A stretch of 64,000 bases of DNA from Lama guanicoe (taxonomy: Eukaryota): assembly GCA_013239625.1 (NCBI GenBank), contig MU053588.1:955988-1019987 (forward strand), written 5' to 3'. This document shows positions 39,101-54,329 of this stretch, piece by piece (position 1 is the first letter of the stretch; the number at the start of each line of letters is the position of its first letter). Under the pieces are notes generated by a model. That model saw nothing but the letters and a program-made list of their open reading frames with translations, was not told the origin of the DNA and searched no databases. The position numbers were made by a program, and so were the translations under genes.

Positions 39101-41239
39101 GGAGAGAGTGGGGATTGGGTGGTAGAGGTGATGCAGGATTCTGGACACCGAGGCCAGTCCATGAGCACCTGTGCTCCCGGCAGCTACGTACTGAAGGTGG
39201 TGGGCGGCGGGCCCACCATGGACACCATCAAGGAATACAGCGAGGAGGAGATCTACCGCTTCAACAGCCCTCTGGACAAGTAATCCCTGTGGGACCAGGC
39301 CCATAATCAGCCTTTCTTCCACTGCTGGCCCCTTCAGTTTCCCAGCCATAGACCTAGTCTTGACTGCAAGCCCCACCCACCTTGGTATCTCCGGCCCCGC
39401 CCACAGCCCAGGCTCCTAGGATTTCACACTTTTTGGCCTGGAGCCCAACCTGAGGCCTCGCCCGCCCATTCCTGCACAGGACCCGCAGCCTCATCTGGAC
39501 CACGAAGAACACGACCACCAAGGACTCGGCCTTCAACATCATGTCCCACAACAGTTTAGGCATTGAGTGAGTACCTGGCCCGACTGCTGGCCCCCTTCTC
39601 CCCTCCTTGCTTACAATCTATCGGACCTATCCATCCTTTCTGCCTCTGGGACATCTCTTGATCCTGAAGCTATGCTGTGTGTTCCTCAAATGAGGCTGAA
39701 TTTACACAAGCTGGACCTTCTGTCTGCAGGGCTGGTTCCTCTTACTCTTTCTTCAGGCCTTAGTTCAGAAGCCCCTTCATTTGGGAGGACTCTTCTGACT
39801 CCTCTAGGTGGTTCTGTCGGGTCTCACATTCTCCTGTACTTTCCCCATTCCCACCCTGACCGCTCTGCCTGTGCTTCCCCTGCCCAGCTCTGACCCCTCT
39901 GGGCCGGCACTGTCTCCAGTAGGGCCTATCTCTCTTAGGGGTCCAGTCCAGAATAAACAACAGAGTATTTGTTGAGTGAGACAGTGAACAAATTAATTGA
40001 TTCATTCACGGTGGGCATTTATTGACATTCAGATGGAGGTATTAATGAACGAATAAAACAATGAAGGAATGAGTTAGCATACAGGGCTTCAATAACTATT
40101 TTTGAGTCAGTGAGAGGAAGAAAATGGTGCCTTGAGCAAGTGAAGGAAGTGAATGAATGAACAAAGTAACCAACCTGCACCTCGTCAGTATTCACCCTGT
40201 GTTTACTGAATACATGAATAAAGGAAAGAATAGATGAAGGAAGATGACTTTGTACCTAGTAGCTTCTCAGGCTACATTTGTGGGATGAAGGAATGAGGGC
40301 AGCAAGGGAAAAATGAGGAGTTGACACGTAATAGGTATAGAATCCATAGTCTAGATGAAGGCATAGTAATGGAGCACTCGACATCGGAGATGCGAAGACA
40401 GGAGGAAACGAGTGAGTTCACAAACAGCCTGTCTCCTGGTAGGGGTTCCGTCAGCCTTATTGGGTGCATGAGTGAAGGGGTGAATCGGGGAGGAAGGTAT
40501 GAGATTGCCTATCATTAGTGCTCACCTGGAGTTTGTGGGGTGGAGGGAGAAGTCAGGGGTTCGTACGTGGTAGGTATGATTTGTATCACAAGGTCCTGAA
40601 CTCGGGCCCCCAGGTGGCTCTGTCTGGAGAACTCCCCGTGCTACGACACTGTTCCCCACAGCATCTTCGCCCCTGAATTCTACTTCAAGGTGTTGGTGAG
40701 CAATAGGTGAGCCAGACCTGTGGTCCCTGTGGGTGGGGGCTGCCTGGGGTGCCTAGCTCCTCCCTCGATCCTGAACCCCATCCCCCACCAGAGGTGTGGA
40801 CAAGAGCACATACTGTGACTACCAGCTCACCTTCCTGCTGCACATCCACGGGCTCCCACTCAGCGCCAAGCGGGCCTTCTTCATCCTCATGGTGAGTGGC
40901 CGCCCAGGAGCTGCCCCGCTGGGTGGGTGGTGGCCCCCAGGCCACCCGCCCATGCCTGTTGTGTGGTGCCTGCAGGTGTCAGCCAGCCTGTTTGTCGGCC
41001 TGGTCATCCTCTACCTCATCTTCTGCCTCCTGTTGCCCTGTATGATGAAGGCCTGCAACGTCCTCCACTGGAAGATCGGTAACATCATGGCCTCAGAATC
41101 CTACACCTACAGCACCCACTCCAACACCAGAGTCTTCATCAGGACCTCTGGGACCAAATCTGGGGGTGGCTCCAGGGGTAGCTCCAGAGTCATCCCCAAG
41201 GCAGTGCAGGAGAACAAGGATGTACTCAAAAAACCTTGA
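16155..41239 (+). CDS. CATSPERG: CatSper channel auxiliary subunit gamma, 28 coding exons, 1148 aa
   Basis: Exons: 16155-16400, 16488-16541, 19928-20072, 20407-20533, 20710-20782, 21744-21899, 26697-26865, 28120-28257, 29267-29326, 29531-29650, 30218-30268, 30371-30500, 31011-31122, 32110-32268, 32353-32465, 33215-33428, 33791-33853, 33952-34150, 34240-34358, 34487-34567, 34658-34714, 38625-38781, 38987-39050, 39184-39279, 39480-39566, 40614-40706, 40792-40891, 40976-41239 (3447 nt, no frameshift). Signal-peptide-like N-terminus, recognisable segments ([53 protein letters not shown]), single C-terminal TM helix. Confidence 0.95.
16650..17880 (-). mobile_element. LINE-1 fragment (old L1M) with nested SINE
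   Basis: Antisense L1 3'/ORF2 text (GGAATTGCTGGGTCA, TTGGAGAAATGTCTAT, ACCATTTGTTGAA). Confidence 0.85.
16915..17070 (-). mobile_element. tRNA-Ala-derived SINE inserted in L1
   Basis: Head GCATGCTAAGCATGTGC...GAGCTATACCCTCCCC, T-rich tail, flanking GTGGTTTT duplication. Confidence 0.8.
18117..18213 (+). mobile_element. tRNA-Ala-derived SINE inserted in a MIR
   Basis: CAGTGGTAGAGCACATGCC...GGGTTCAATCCCCAGT; TSD CATAAAATAATTAA/CATAAAATGATTAA. Confidence 0.85.
22265..22580. mobile_element. Tigger-type DNA transposon relic (MER46C-like)
   Basis: TTCTGAAATCCAAA... GGGGTGCTGCCCCAG... GAAAATTCTGA... CATCTGGCTCCCAGGGTTTC pattern; family recalled, not searched. Confidence 0.45.
23525..23684 (-). 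mobile_element. tRNA-Ala-derived SINE with internal insertion, nested in an L1 3' end
   Basis: Head and tail as in the other copies; TSD TAAAATTCACCATTT/TAAAATTAACCACTT. Confidence 0.8.
25339..25450 (-). mobile_element. Internally deleted tRNA-Ala-derived SINE
   Basis: Perfect 15-bp TSD CACATGAGGACTTTT at 25324 and 25451; part of the tRNA head is missing. Confidence 0.85.
25778..26330. mobile_element. MaLR (MLT1-type) LTR with nested SINE
   Basis: CTCACAGTTCTGGAGGCTG...AGATCAAGGTGTCAGCAGGGTTGG...TCTTCCTCTTCTTATAA. Confidence 0.75.
26160..26286 (+). mobile_element. tRNA-Ala-derived SINE
   Basis: AGTGGTAAAGCACATGCTTAACATGCACAAGGTCCTGGGTTC...AAATAAATAAG...CCTAATTACC. Confidence 0.8.
33130..34340. 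promoter_or_regulatory. Intragenic CpG island within CATSPERG
   Basis: CpG-rich exons and introns, with GGGGCGGGG boxes at about 33662 and 34180, in an otherwise CpG-poor gene body. Confidence 0.6.
35998..36188 (+). mobile_element. tRNA-Ala-derived SINE with (TAAA)n tail
   Basis: GTGGTAGAGCACATGCTTGGCATGCACGAGGTTCTGGGTTCAATCCC, followed by a long TAAA microsatellite (about 36135-36188). Confidence 0.85.
36733..37130. mobile_element. MaLR (MLT1-type) LTR
   Basis: TGTATTGGTTTCCTAGGGCTGCCATGACAAA...CTCATCTTAACTTGATTAC...CAATTCAACCC. Confidence 0.75.
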
Positions 41240-41451
41240 AGAAGTTGTTGCTGACCTGAGCCTCTTGCCTGCCCCAACCACCACCCACCCTCATCTCTCC
41301 TTTCCTGGGCCATCTTGGAAAAGCAACCTGTCACTCATCCCAGGACCTTCTTCCTGTTTTCCTTGAATTTTCACTTCTCATTTCAGCACCAGTGGTGGGT
41401 CCTCGTCAGGACTCATGTTCAGTTAGTTTGTACCACCCAGCCACATAGGTT

Positions 41452-41457
41452 ATTAAA
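41452..41457 (+). terminator. Candidate CATSPERG polyadenylation signal (ATTAAA)
   Basis: First hexamer of this class seen 3' of the stop (about 210 nt downstream). Confidence 0.45.
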
Positions 41458-42969
41458 ATATCTAAGTCCTTCTCGGCCAGCTGGTAGACCAGTGGCTTCT
41501 CTGTGTGCCTGCCAACTCAGCCCCTCCCCAGGGTGCCCTTGACCTCCCTACCATCCAGCAGGGTCCTCTGTGACCCAGGCCTGTTGCTATGGCCTGCAGT
41601 CTGTTCTGATTGTTCAGTGCCCAGGTTTAAAACGGTTGTTAAATTTTTTGAATGTCAACACCTATCTAGTGTCTAGCCTAAGGAGGGGACTCTGGAGAGG
41701 CTGACTTTTATTTTAGTTGCAGATAGCAAAAGTGTCACTCACATGGTCCACATAGAAATGGTAATTTATGGACTTTGTTAATATAGACTTCAGGTACAGT
41801 TTGATCCAGAAGGCCACAATGTCCATAGGATTCTGGCTCCATGTTTCCCTGCTCTGCCCTTCTCTGAGGTTGGCCTCTGACCTCAGGCCAGCCCCCCTGC
41901 CCCAATCTGAGGCTGCACATCCACATGTCCTATTGTCCCAAGATAAAAGGGGCTGGAGTCCAACATTCCCAGGCAAAAGTCCTATCAGACTCTGATTGAA
42001 TGGGGTTGTAAGGTCACTTTACCACTCACACTGCCAGAGGAATGGGACCTTGATTGGTTGAAGCCCTTCAGAGCTCACCCCTGGAACTGAAGGTAGTCAA
42101 TCCCACCCTAATCTCTTGCTCATGTGTAGGTAAGGGCAGTTCTTGTAAGAAAATTGTATGTCAAGAAGGGGAAAAGGGGACTGAAAAGCAAAAAGCAAAT
42201 GTGCCTTTGAACTCCACTCTCTGTTCAACCAATAGGCCCAACTTCAGCACCTCCTCAGAGGTCTTGGGTGAAGTGACTATGGAGGTCCTCTGACCATCCC
42301 CTGCCACTCCTTCACCGTAGAAGTAGAGGCCCAGGGGACACAGGGACAGACAGCTGGACCAGGTTGTCTGTGATGAGACAGCAAGGTGGCTGAGGTCACG
42401 TTTTGTGGAGCTTAGGAATTATCAGAGGAGAATTTAGAGCCAAGAAGCTGAAGGATATGGTCAGATGCAGAAAGATGTCTTCACTGCCCTGTGGAGAATG
42501 GCTCAGGGCTGGAAGCTATAGGCTGGGGAGCGGGCAGAAGGGGATGGTGCTGGACCAAAGCCTGGGGTAGGGAGGAGAAGGCGCAGGTGGAAGGGATGCT
42601 CAGGAAGCCTGGCAAACAGACTGTGAAACTGACATCCCAAGGAAGGATGGGAGTGATGGGGGCATTTAGGAAAAGGCTCAGGCCTCTGCCCTGGGGGATG
42701 GGGGACAAAGAGGCTGTCACTGAGATGAGGACAAAGGAGAAGGAGGTTTTGTGGACACACTAAGGCCATTTGGGGACATGGTGGGTGTGGGACGTCTGAG
42801 AGATTTCTCAAGGAGCTTTTTCAGGAGGCTGCGGGAACCACAGGTCTGGGACTCAGGAGGGAGGTCAGGAATGGTCAAGTAGTATGGTCCAATAGTCAGT
42901 GGTACAGGCTCATCAATAAAATTAATTGCATTGATGCAATTCAGGAGAATGTGATGAGATAATACCCAT

Positions 42970-43070
42970 TTTTAATTTTTTTGGTGGGGGGAAGTAGGTT
43001 TATTTGTTTATTCAAATGGAGGTACTGGGTTTAATTGTGCACTCTGTCACTGAGCTATAGCCTCTCCCCT
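42970..43070 (-). mobile_element. Degenerate tRNA-Ala-derived SINE
   Basis: GGAGGTACTGGG...CACTGAGCTATAGCCTCTCCCC, flanked by AATACCCATTTT/AATATCCTATTTT. Confidence 0.65.
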
Positions 43071-43089
43071 GACAATATCCTATTTTAAC

Positions 43090-43456
43090 CATAGTTCATT
43101 CAGGCTGATGTAACAGAAGATCATAGGCTGGGTGACTTATAAACAACAAAAATTTATTTCTCACAATTCTGGAGCTTGGAGGTCCAAGATCAAGGTGCCA
43201 GCAGATTTGATGTCTGGTGAGAACCTGCTTCCTGGTTCACAGAGGATCATCTTTTTGTCCTCATATAGTGTCCTCACATGGTGGAAGGGATGAAGGTCGC
43301 TGGGGTCTCTTTTATAAGGTCAATAATCTCAGTTATGAGGGCTCTGCCCTCACAATCTAATCACCTCCCAAATGTCCCACCTCCTGATACCATTACATTG
43401 GGGATTAGGTTCCAGCATAGGGATTTGTGGGGAACACAAACATTCAGTCCATAGCA
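43090..43456. mobile_element. MaLR (MLT1-type) LTR
   Basis: TTTATTTCTCACAATTCTGGAG...CCAAGATCAAGGTGCCAGCAGATT...CATTCAGTCCATAGCA. Confidence 0.75.
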
Positions 43457-44123
43457 GATCCCTTTTCTTGGATTATCAAGTAATATTCATGATGTTCTAT
43501 CAAGAAAATTCTATCATTATCCCTACTTCACAGGTGAAGAAACAGGCTCAGGTGTGCAAACATGTATGATTACATAAATAGGTGCCTGAAAAAGCTTTTT
43601 CTAAAATTCAACGTCCATTCCTTGTATTAATCCTAAATCAGAAACAGAAGGAAACTGAGCAGGATGATCAGATTACCTGATTACCAAAAACAGATGACAT
43701 ATGGCAGTTAAATGTGACATTTAAAGCCATTAGGACTGGATGCTTTTTGCAAAGTTTGTGCATGCTTGTACACGCCTGGAGAAAATGTGGAAGAATGCAC
43801 CGAGAGACTAGAGAGAAAGACGCAGGGTCAAATCTCAGCTGTTAGTCTCTTGGAAGTTTACGCAGCCTCTCAAAGCCTGTCTATGGACTAAGATAGCTAT
43901 GCGAACGACTTCCACCATCCCCACCTCTTGGTTTAGAAGAGTCGTTGCAAAGGTAGAAATCGCAAGACAAACATAGCGTCCTGAAACCCCAGGCTGAAGC
44001 CGGGGCGGCCATGTTGATTACAGGAGGTGAAAAAGCGTTGCAACCGCCGCCATTTTCAGTTAGGGCAGAAGACGACTTCCGGTCACCATCTTGAGTGACA
44101 GCAGAGGCGGAGCTCCGACTGGC

Positions 44124-49899
<5,776 letters not shown>

Positions 49900-49966
49900 G
49901 CCTGCCAGGCACTGGGGTGGGCAGGGTTTGCATTATTTAAAGCAGATGCAGTGCAGGGTTTCCTCC

Positions 49967-49972
49967 AATAAA
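49967..49972 (+). terminator. PSMD8 polyadenylation signal AATAAA (a distal ATTAAA is at 50301-50306)
   Basis: AATAAA 68 nt after the stop codon. Confidence 0.7.
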
Positions 49973-50865
49973 GGTGGATTGACATTTTCTCTCTTAGGCC
50001 CTTGTCTCCCCGAGTGGAATGGTGGGGACATAAATTCTTATCTACAAGAACTTCGAAGTTTGGGGCCCTAGGGGGTCTGAGATAACCCTGTGTCGGCATC
50101 TCTTCAGCAGCCATTGCTCAGGGTTTCAAACCGAGATGCCCCCTCTGCACGGGCCCAGTGGTACCGTGGCCTGGGAAAGAGCACAGGCCCTGGATAGAGG
50201 GACTGTTGCAGCCAGCTGTGGACACACAGGAAGGCAAGGCACCAGAGTGTTTCAGTGAAGGGGGTGAAATATCCCAATTTTAAAAAAATGTTTGCAATGA
50301 ATTAAACCAGTTTTTTAAAATGACATGAGAGATGGAACCCGTCTGTGGGCTGCCAGTTTGAGACTTCTGTGGAATGAAAGGCATGGGTCCTGGCATGGAC
50401 TTGCCTTAGTTCCCGCCCTTCTGAGCCAGTGCTGTGACTTACGACCTGCACCCCCACAGCCTATGTTTCCTGCCTTGAAGTTCTTGAGGTGTGTTAAGAC
50501 AGTCCAAATCTGGCTGAGCCACTTGCGGGATGTGGGATTTTTAAGAAAGCCTTCCAGAATCAGTTTCCCTAGCTGTAAAATGAGAATGATCATTCCTGCT
50601 TTCCAAAGTGATTTGTTCTGAACCCCTGAACTTGACACCAGGTCAGCTTGGAAATGGGGCTGATCATATTAAAGGAAATAAGAACATCTCACCCCTGGGC
50701 CCATCAGTCCACATGCTGGATGAATGGAACCTCCGTTACTGCTAATCTGGGTCCAGCCTCCTTACTGTTTCCAGGATGTGGTGCTTTCATGGAGGCCCCT
50801 GCCCTGCCCCACCCCTCCAACCCTTAGACCATAACTGAGAGGCATCTAGGCATCTGGATGGTTAT

Positions 50866-50871
50866 TTTATT
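50866..50871 (-). terminator. GGN polyadenylation signal AATAAA
   Basis: TTTATT on the + strand, about 40 nt past the GGN stop. Confidence 0.75.
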
Positions 50872-50911
50872 GTCAAGGAGGGGAAAGCAGAGGGCACTGA
50901 GCAGACTACAC

Positions 50912-53860
50912 TTAGTTGGAATGGGTAGCCTGCAAATCGTAGTGCTCCAGCCCGGCTACCAGGGAGCCAGCTAGCTTGATGGTGGTGACCCAGGGTGGTT
51001 CACTCAGGTGGTTGGTGGGTGTGCTCAGCCTAGGAAGAGGGTAGAGTCATCAGGGCCTGGCTATGTGATCCTTATCCCTTCTAGGCTCCACTTTCTCCAT
51101 CACTATAAGGGACCATATCTGAATATCCCAAAGGCAGTTTAGGGCAGAGCTGTATCCACTTAAACTTAGGAAAGGGACTGAGGGTTGGTGATAGTGGCTC
51201 CCCCAACCCCTTGCTCCTGGCCCAAGCTGAGCCCCAGAGGTTCCAAGGCAGAGGGTCTCCCAGTGATTCAGGGTCCTCAGGAGCCAGGGTCAGACAGATC
51301 AGACCCTGATGACTGGATCCTGAGATTCAAGGGTGAAGAGGAGGTAACGAGCAAGCAGTGTATCCCCTGGATCTGAGGGAGTAACTACTGCAGCACATGG
51401 ACTGGGACATCAGTGCCCTCTGGTGGTCAAAACCTTGAATCCCAGAGTCAGGAGAAGATGTCAAAGGGTGGAGGAGTCAGGAGCCTGAGGGACTAAGCTT
51501 GGGGCTTCCACTGGAGGCCTATGTTTATACCATTTGGTTCCAGGAGACCATCATTTCCCCCCCCCCATCCCTGAAGAAATTGGGACATGGTCCTTCTTGA
51601 TGCCCTTAGGACAGGGTCAGGGAGGTGAATAGGGTCAGGCCAGGTGGGAACAGCTATCCTCCCTGATGGTTCCAGAGAGTAACAAGAGGGCCAAGAGTTA
51701 GCTTGGTGGTCTGGATACTAAGGGGCTGGGCCACGGTGGGCCACGGTGTTCTCTGTCAGGGATCAGTATGGTATCAAGGCTCCTCTTGGTCCTGAAGGAT
51801 TGGAGCTTAGCTGGGTTTGACATGCAACTAAAGGGTCTAGAGTCAGCTGCGGTCAGGACATCGAAGGGTTGAATGGGACACTCCAGGAAAGTCAGGTTTA
51901 GGATTTGGAAGGGTATGCCCTCCCCTCCCTACTCCCCGATCTCTCCTCACCAGGCAGACACGTTGCGTGGCAGGCGGCGATGGCGTGGCTGGTGGCGACA
52001 GTAACACTTGCAGGGACAAGAATTAAGCACCTGGAAGGGTGGCCAGTGGCGCGAGGCACCCGAGTTAGACGTCCTTGCCGGAGGAGCCCCGCTGCTACCA
52101 CCCGCTCCACCACCGCTGTCAGGCACTGTAGCTGCAATACGTTCGCGAGGACCACTTCCAGGCGCGCCAACCTCAGGGGGCGCGGCGCGGGCCGCGCGGG
52201 CTGCGCGGGGACCCTTGTTACGGCGCGTGCGGGACTTGGTGGGCGTGGGCGCAGGCGGCGATGGCTCGGCGGTGGTGGAAACTGGAGCCGGAGCCGGGGC
52301 TGGGGCCGGGGCCGGGGCCTGGTCAGCAGCCAAGGCGAGGGGCAGAGCAGGAGCCGGGACGGGAGCCACGGCCTGCTCCAAGTTGCCAGCGCCTGCGGTG
52401 GGTGGGGGCGCCACGGGCAGCGGCGTTGGCTGGAGCACGGGCGGCTGCGGTATGGGAGGCGGCGCTGGAGGCGGCGTGGGTGGTGGCGTGGGCGGCGACG
52501 GCGGCGGCGGCGGCAGCAGCAACTCCTGTGGCCCGGGAAGTCCGGGGCGCACAGTCTCACCATTGGTAGGCGCCGGGAAGATGAACATAGGCGGCGCCAG
52601 CAAGGCGGGTGCGGGCCTTCGGGGCTCGGTAGCTGGATGCATCTGCTCTGGCGGAGGCGGCGGGGGGCCCCAGGGCCCGGAGAGCGTGGCTGCGCGCCGT
52701 CGGGGCGCCCCTACGCCTCCGCCAGTTCCATTGAAGCGGAAGTGGCGTTCAGGGCCATCGGGTGGGCTCACCCAGTCAAATTTGGGCTTCGAACCTGGGA
52801 AGGTGGTGTACGGTGGCGGCGGGAGCATCCGGCTTTGGGACGCAGGCGCCGAGGGGAGTCCAGAACACCCCTCGCCGTCTCCATCACCGCCCTCTGCTTT
52901 CTGAGTCCCGCGAGGGAACTCTCCCGAGGGGCTAGCGTCCCCAGGAGCCAGGGGTCCCTGCTTCAGGACCTCAGCGTAAGAGATGGCGCCCGAGGCGGAG
53001 GCGAATAGCCCTCCGCCTCCGCCTCCGCGGCCTCCGAGTGGGGCTTTGGCCGCTAAGGAACTCGACGCTGCCGCAGGGAGCAAAGGGGGCCCTGAACTGA
53101 AGGTGACTTTACACAGCAGGCTCAGGCCAGGCTCAGAGGCCACAGGCCGGGCCATTTCGCCTTCTCCTGCTTGGGGAGATGCCCCTCTGCGGGCTCCGCC
53201 GGGGGTCTGGCCCTCGCTGCCGTGCCTGGCCTGGCTTTCTGTAGGGGCTGCGGCGGGTGTGGCCAAAGCAGGAGTGATTCTGCGGTCCGGAGGCTGCCGG
53301 TCGGAAGGTGGCGGTAGTGGCGGCTTCCGTGGCTCCAAGGGCGGCAAAGTTGGGGATGGGGCCCTCGGGACGGGGTCGAGGTCCTCTTTGGTTAGTTGCC
53401 GGGGCGGCGGCAGCAGCGGACGGAGGCTCGGAGGGTCGCCCTGGCCTCGATGGCTCGCCTCCAGCAGACTGCGGATCCGGGGCACCGGAGTGCCCGGGGG
53501 TTTTCGCCACTTAGACGGCGCGGGCAGCAGGGTCCCCACGGGGGGCGGGGGTGGTGTGGAGACTGCGGCTGCAGCCGCCTCCTCTGAAGGGGGAGTCACT
53601 GGCGAGGGCAGGTCTAAGGTCAGGGGCAGGGGTGAGGGTGAGGCCTGGGGCTCCGGGGGTACCGGGGGTACCAGGAGTCCCGGGGGCGCGGAGCTGCCAG
53701 GGAACCAGACGCCCAGCCCGCGAGCCAGGCGCATGGCCGGGGAGGAGGGGGTCACCTCAGGCTCCACCAGGGATGTCCGGCGGGAGTCGGAGGAGCGGTC
53801 CGAGGCATGCTCTTTTCGGGAGCCCCCGCCCGCGGACGGCTCCGACTGCACGTTCCCCAT
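50912..53860 (-). CDS. GGN: Gametogenetin, 2 coding exons, 675 aa, proline-rich
   Basis: Minus-strand exons 53860-51951 (1910 nt; acceptor TTTTCTGCCACAG ends 19 nt upstream of the ATG, exon starts 53879) and 51029-50912 (118 nt). Starts MGNVQSEPSAGGGSRK, contains GAISYAEVLKQGP, FPGSKPKFDWVS and LNSCPCKCYC, ends LEHYDLQATHSN*. Confidence 0.95.
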
Positions 53861-54329
53861 TTCTGACGGAGGTCGGGTACTGTGGCAGAAAAACTTCCAC
53901 CAGTCAACCTGCCAGGGTTGTGGGGACCCCAAGAGGCTGCCTATATTTGGCTCTATCCGTCCGCACGGACCCCCGCCCTTGCCCTCCAAAATCCACTCAG
54001 GCACTACTAGTCTTTAGCCACATTTCTGTTGCCTGACTCTTGACGTTCACACCTTCTATCCCAAGGTCCCATATAGCTGCTGTTCAGACACTTGGCCCCC
54101 TATTCTTTTAGGATACTAAGGTTCGGTCTCTGTCTCCGTGGCTGGTCCTTCAGATCACATCCCTACACTTCGGTCACGTCTCGGGTCTCTAGGCTCCAAG
54201 ACACAGGTCTTGCCTACTCTACTGTCAGTCAGGCCACATCACTCATGATGGTATGGTCTGTAGCCTATAAGGCCTAAAAGGAGTTCAAGCTTCTCTCCCT
54301 CGACTCGGAGGCTTCAAAGGGCCAGGCCA

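Noticed and set aside
16155..41239. CATSPERG pseudogenisation or U12-type introns
   Set aside because: All 28 exons join in frame with GT-AG sites, and I saw no RTATCCT donors. Only whole-codon indels appear relative to the recalled human protein.
53861..54004. 48-aa N-terminal extension of GGN in the ORF track
   Set aside because: It starts at a non-ATG codon and crosses a clear splice acceptor at 53880-53882, so it is mostly intronic.
51905..54036. Long + strand ORFs (367, 298, 344 aa) antisense to GGN
   Set aside because: These are shadows of a very GC-rich Pro/Ala/Gly exon, with no independent domain or splice structure.
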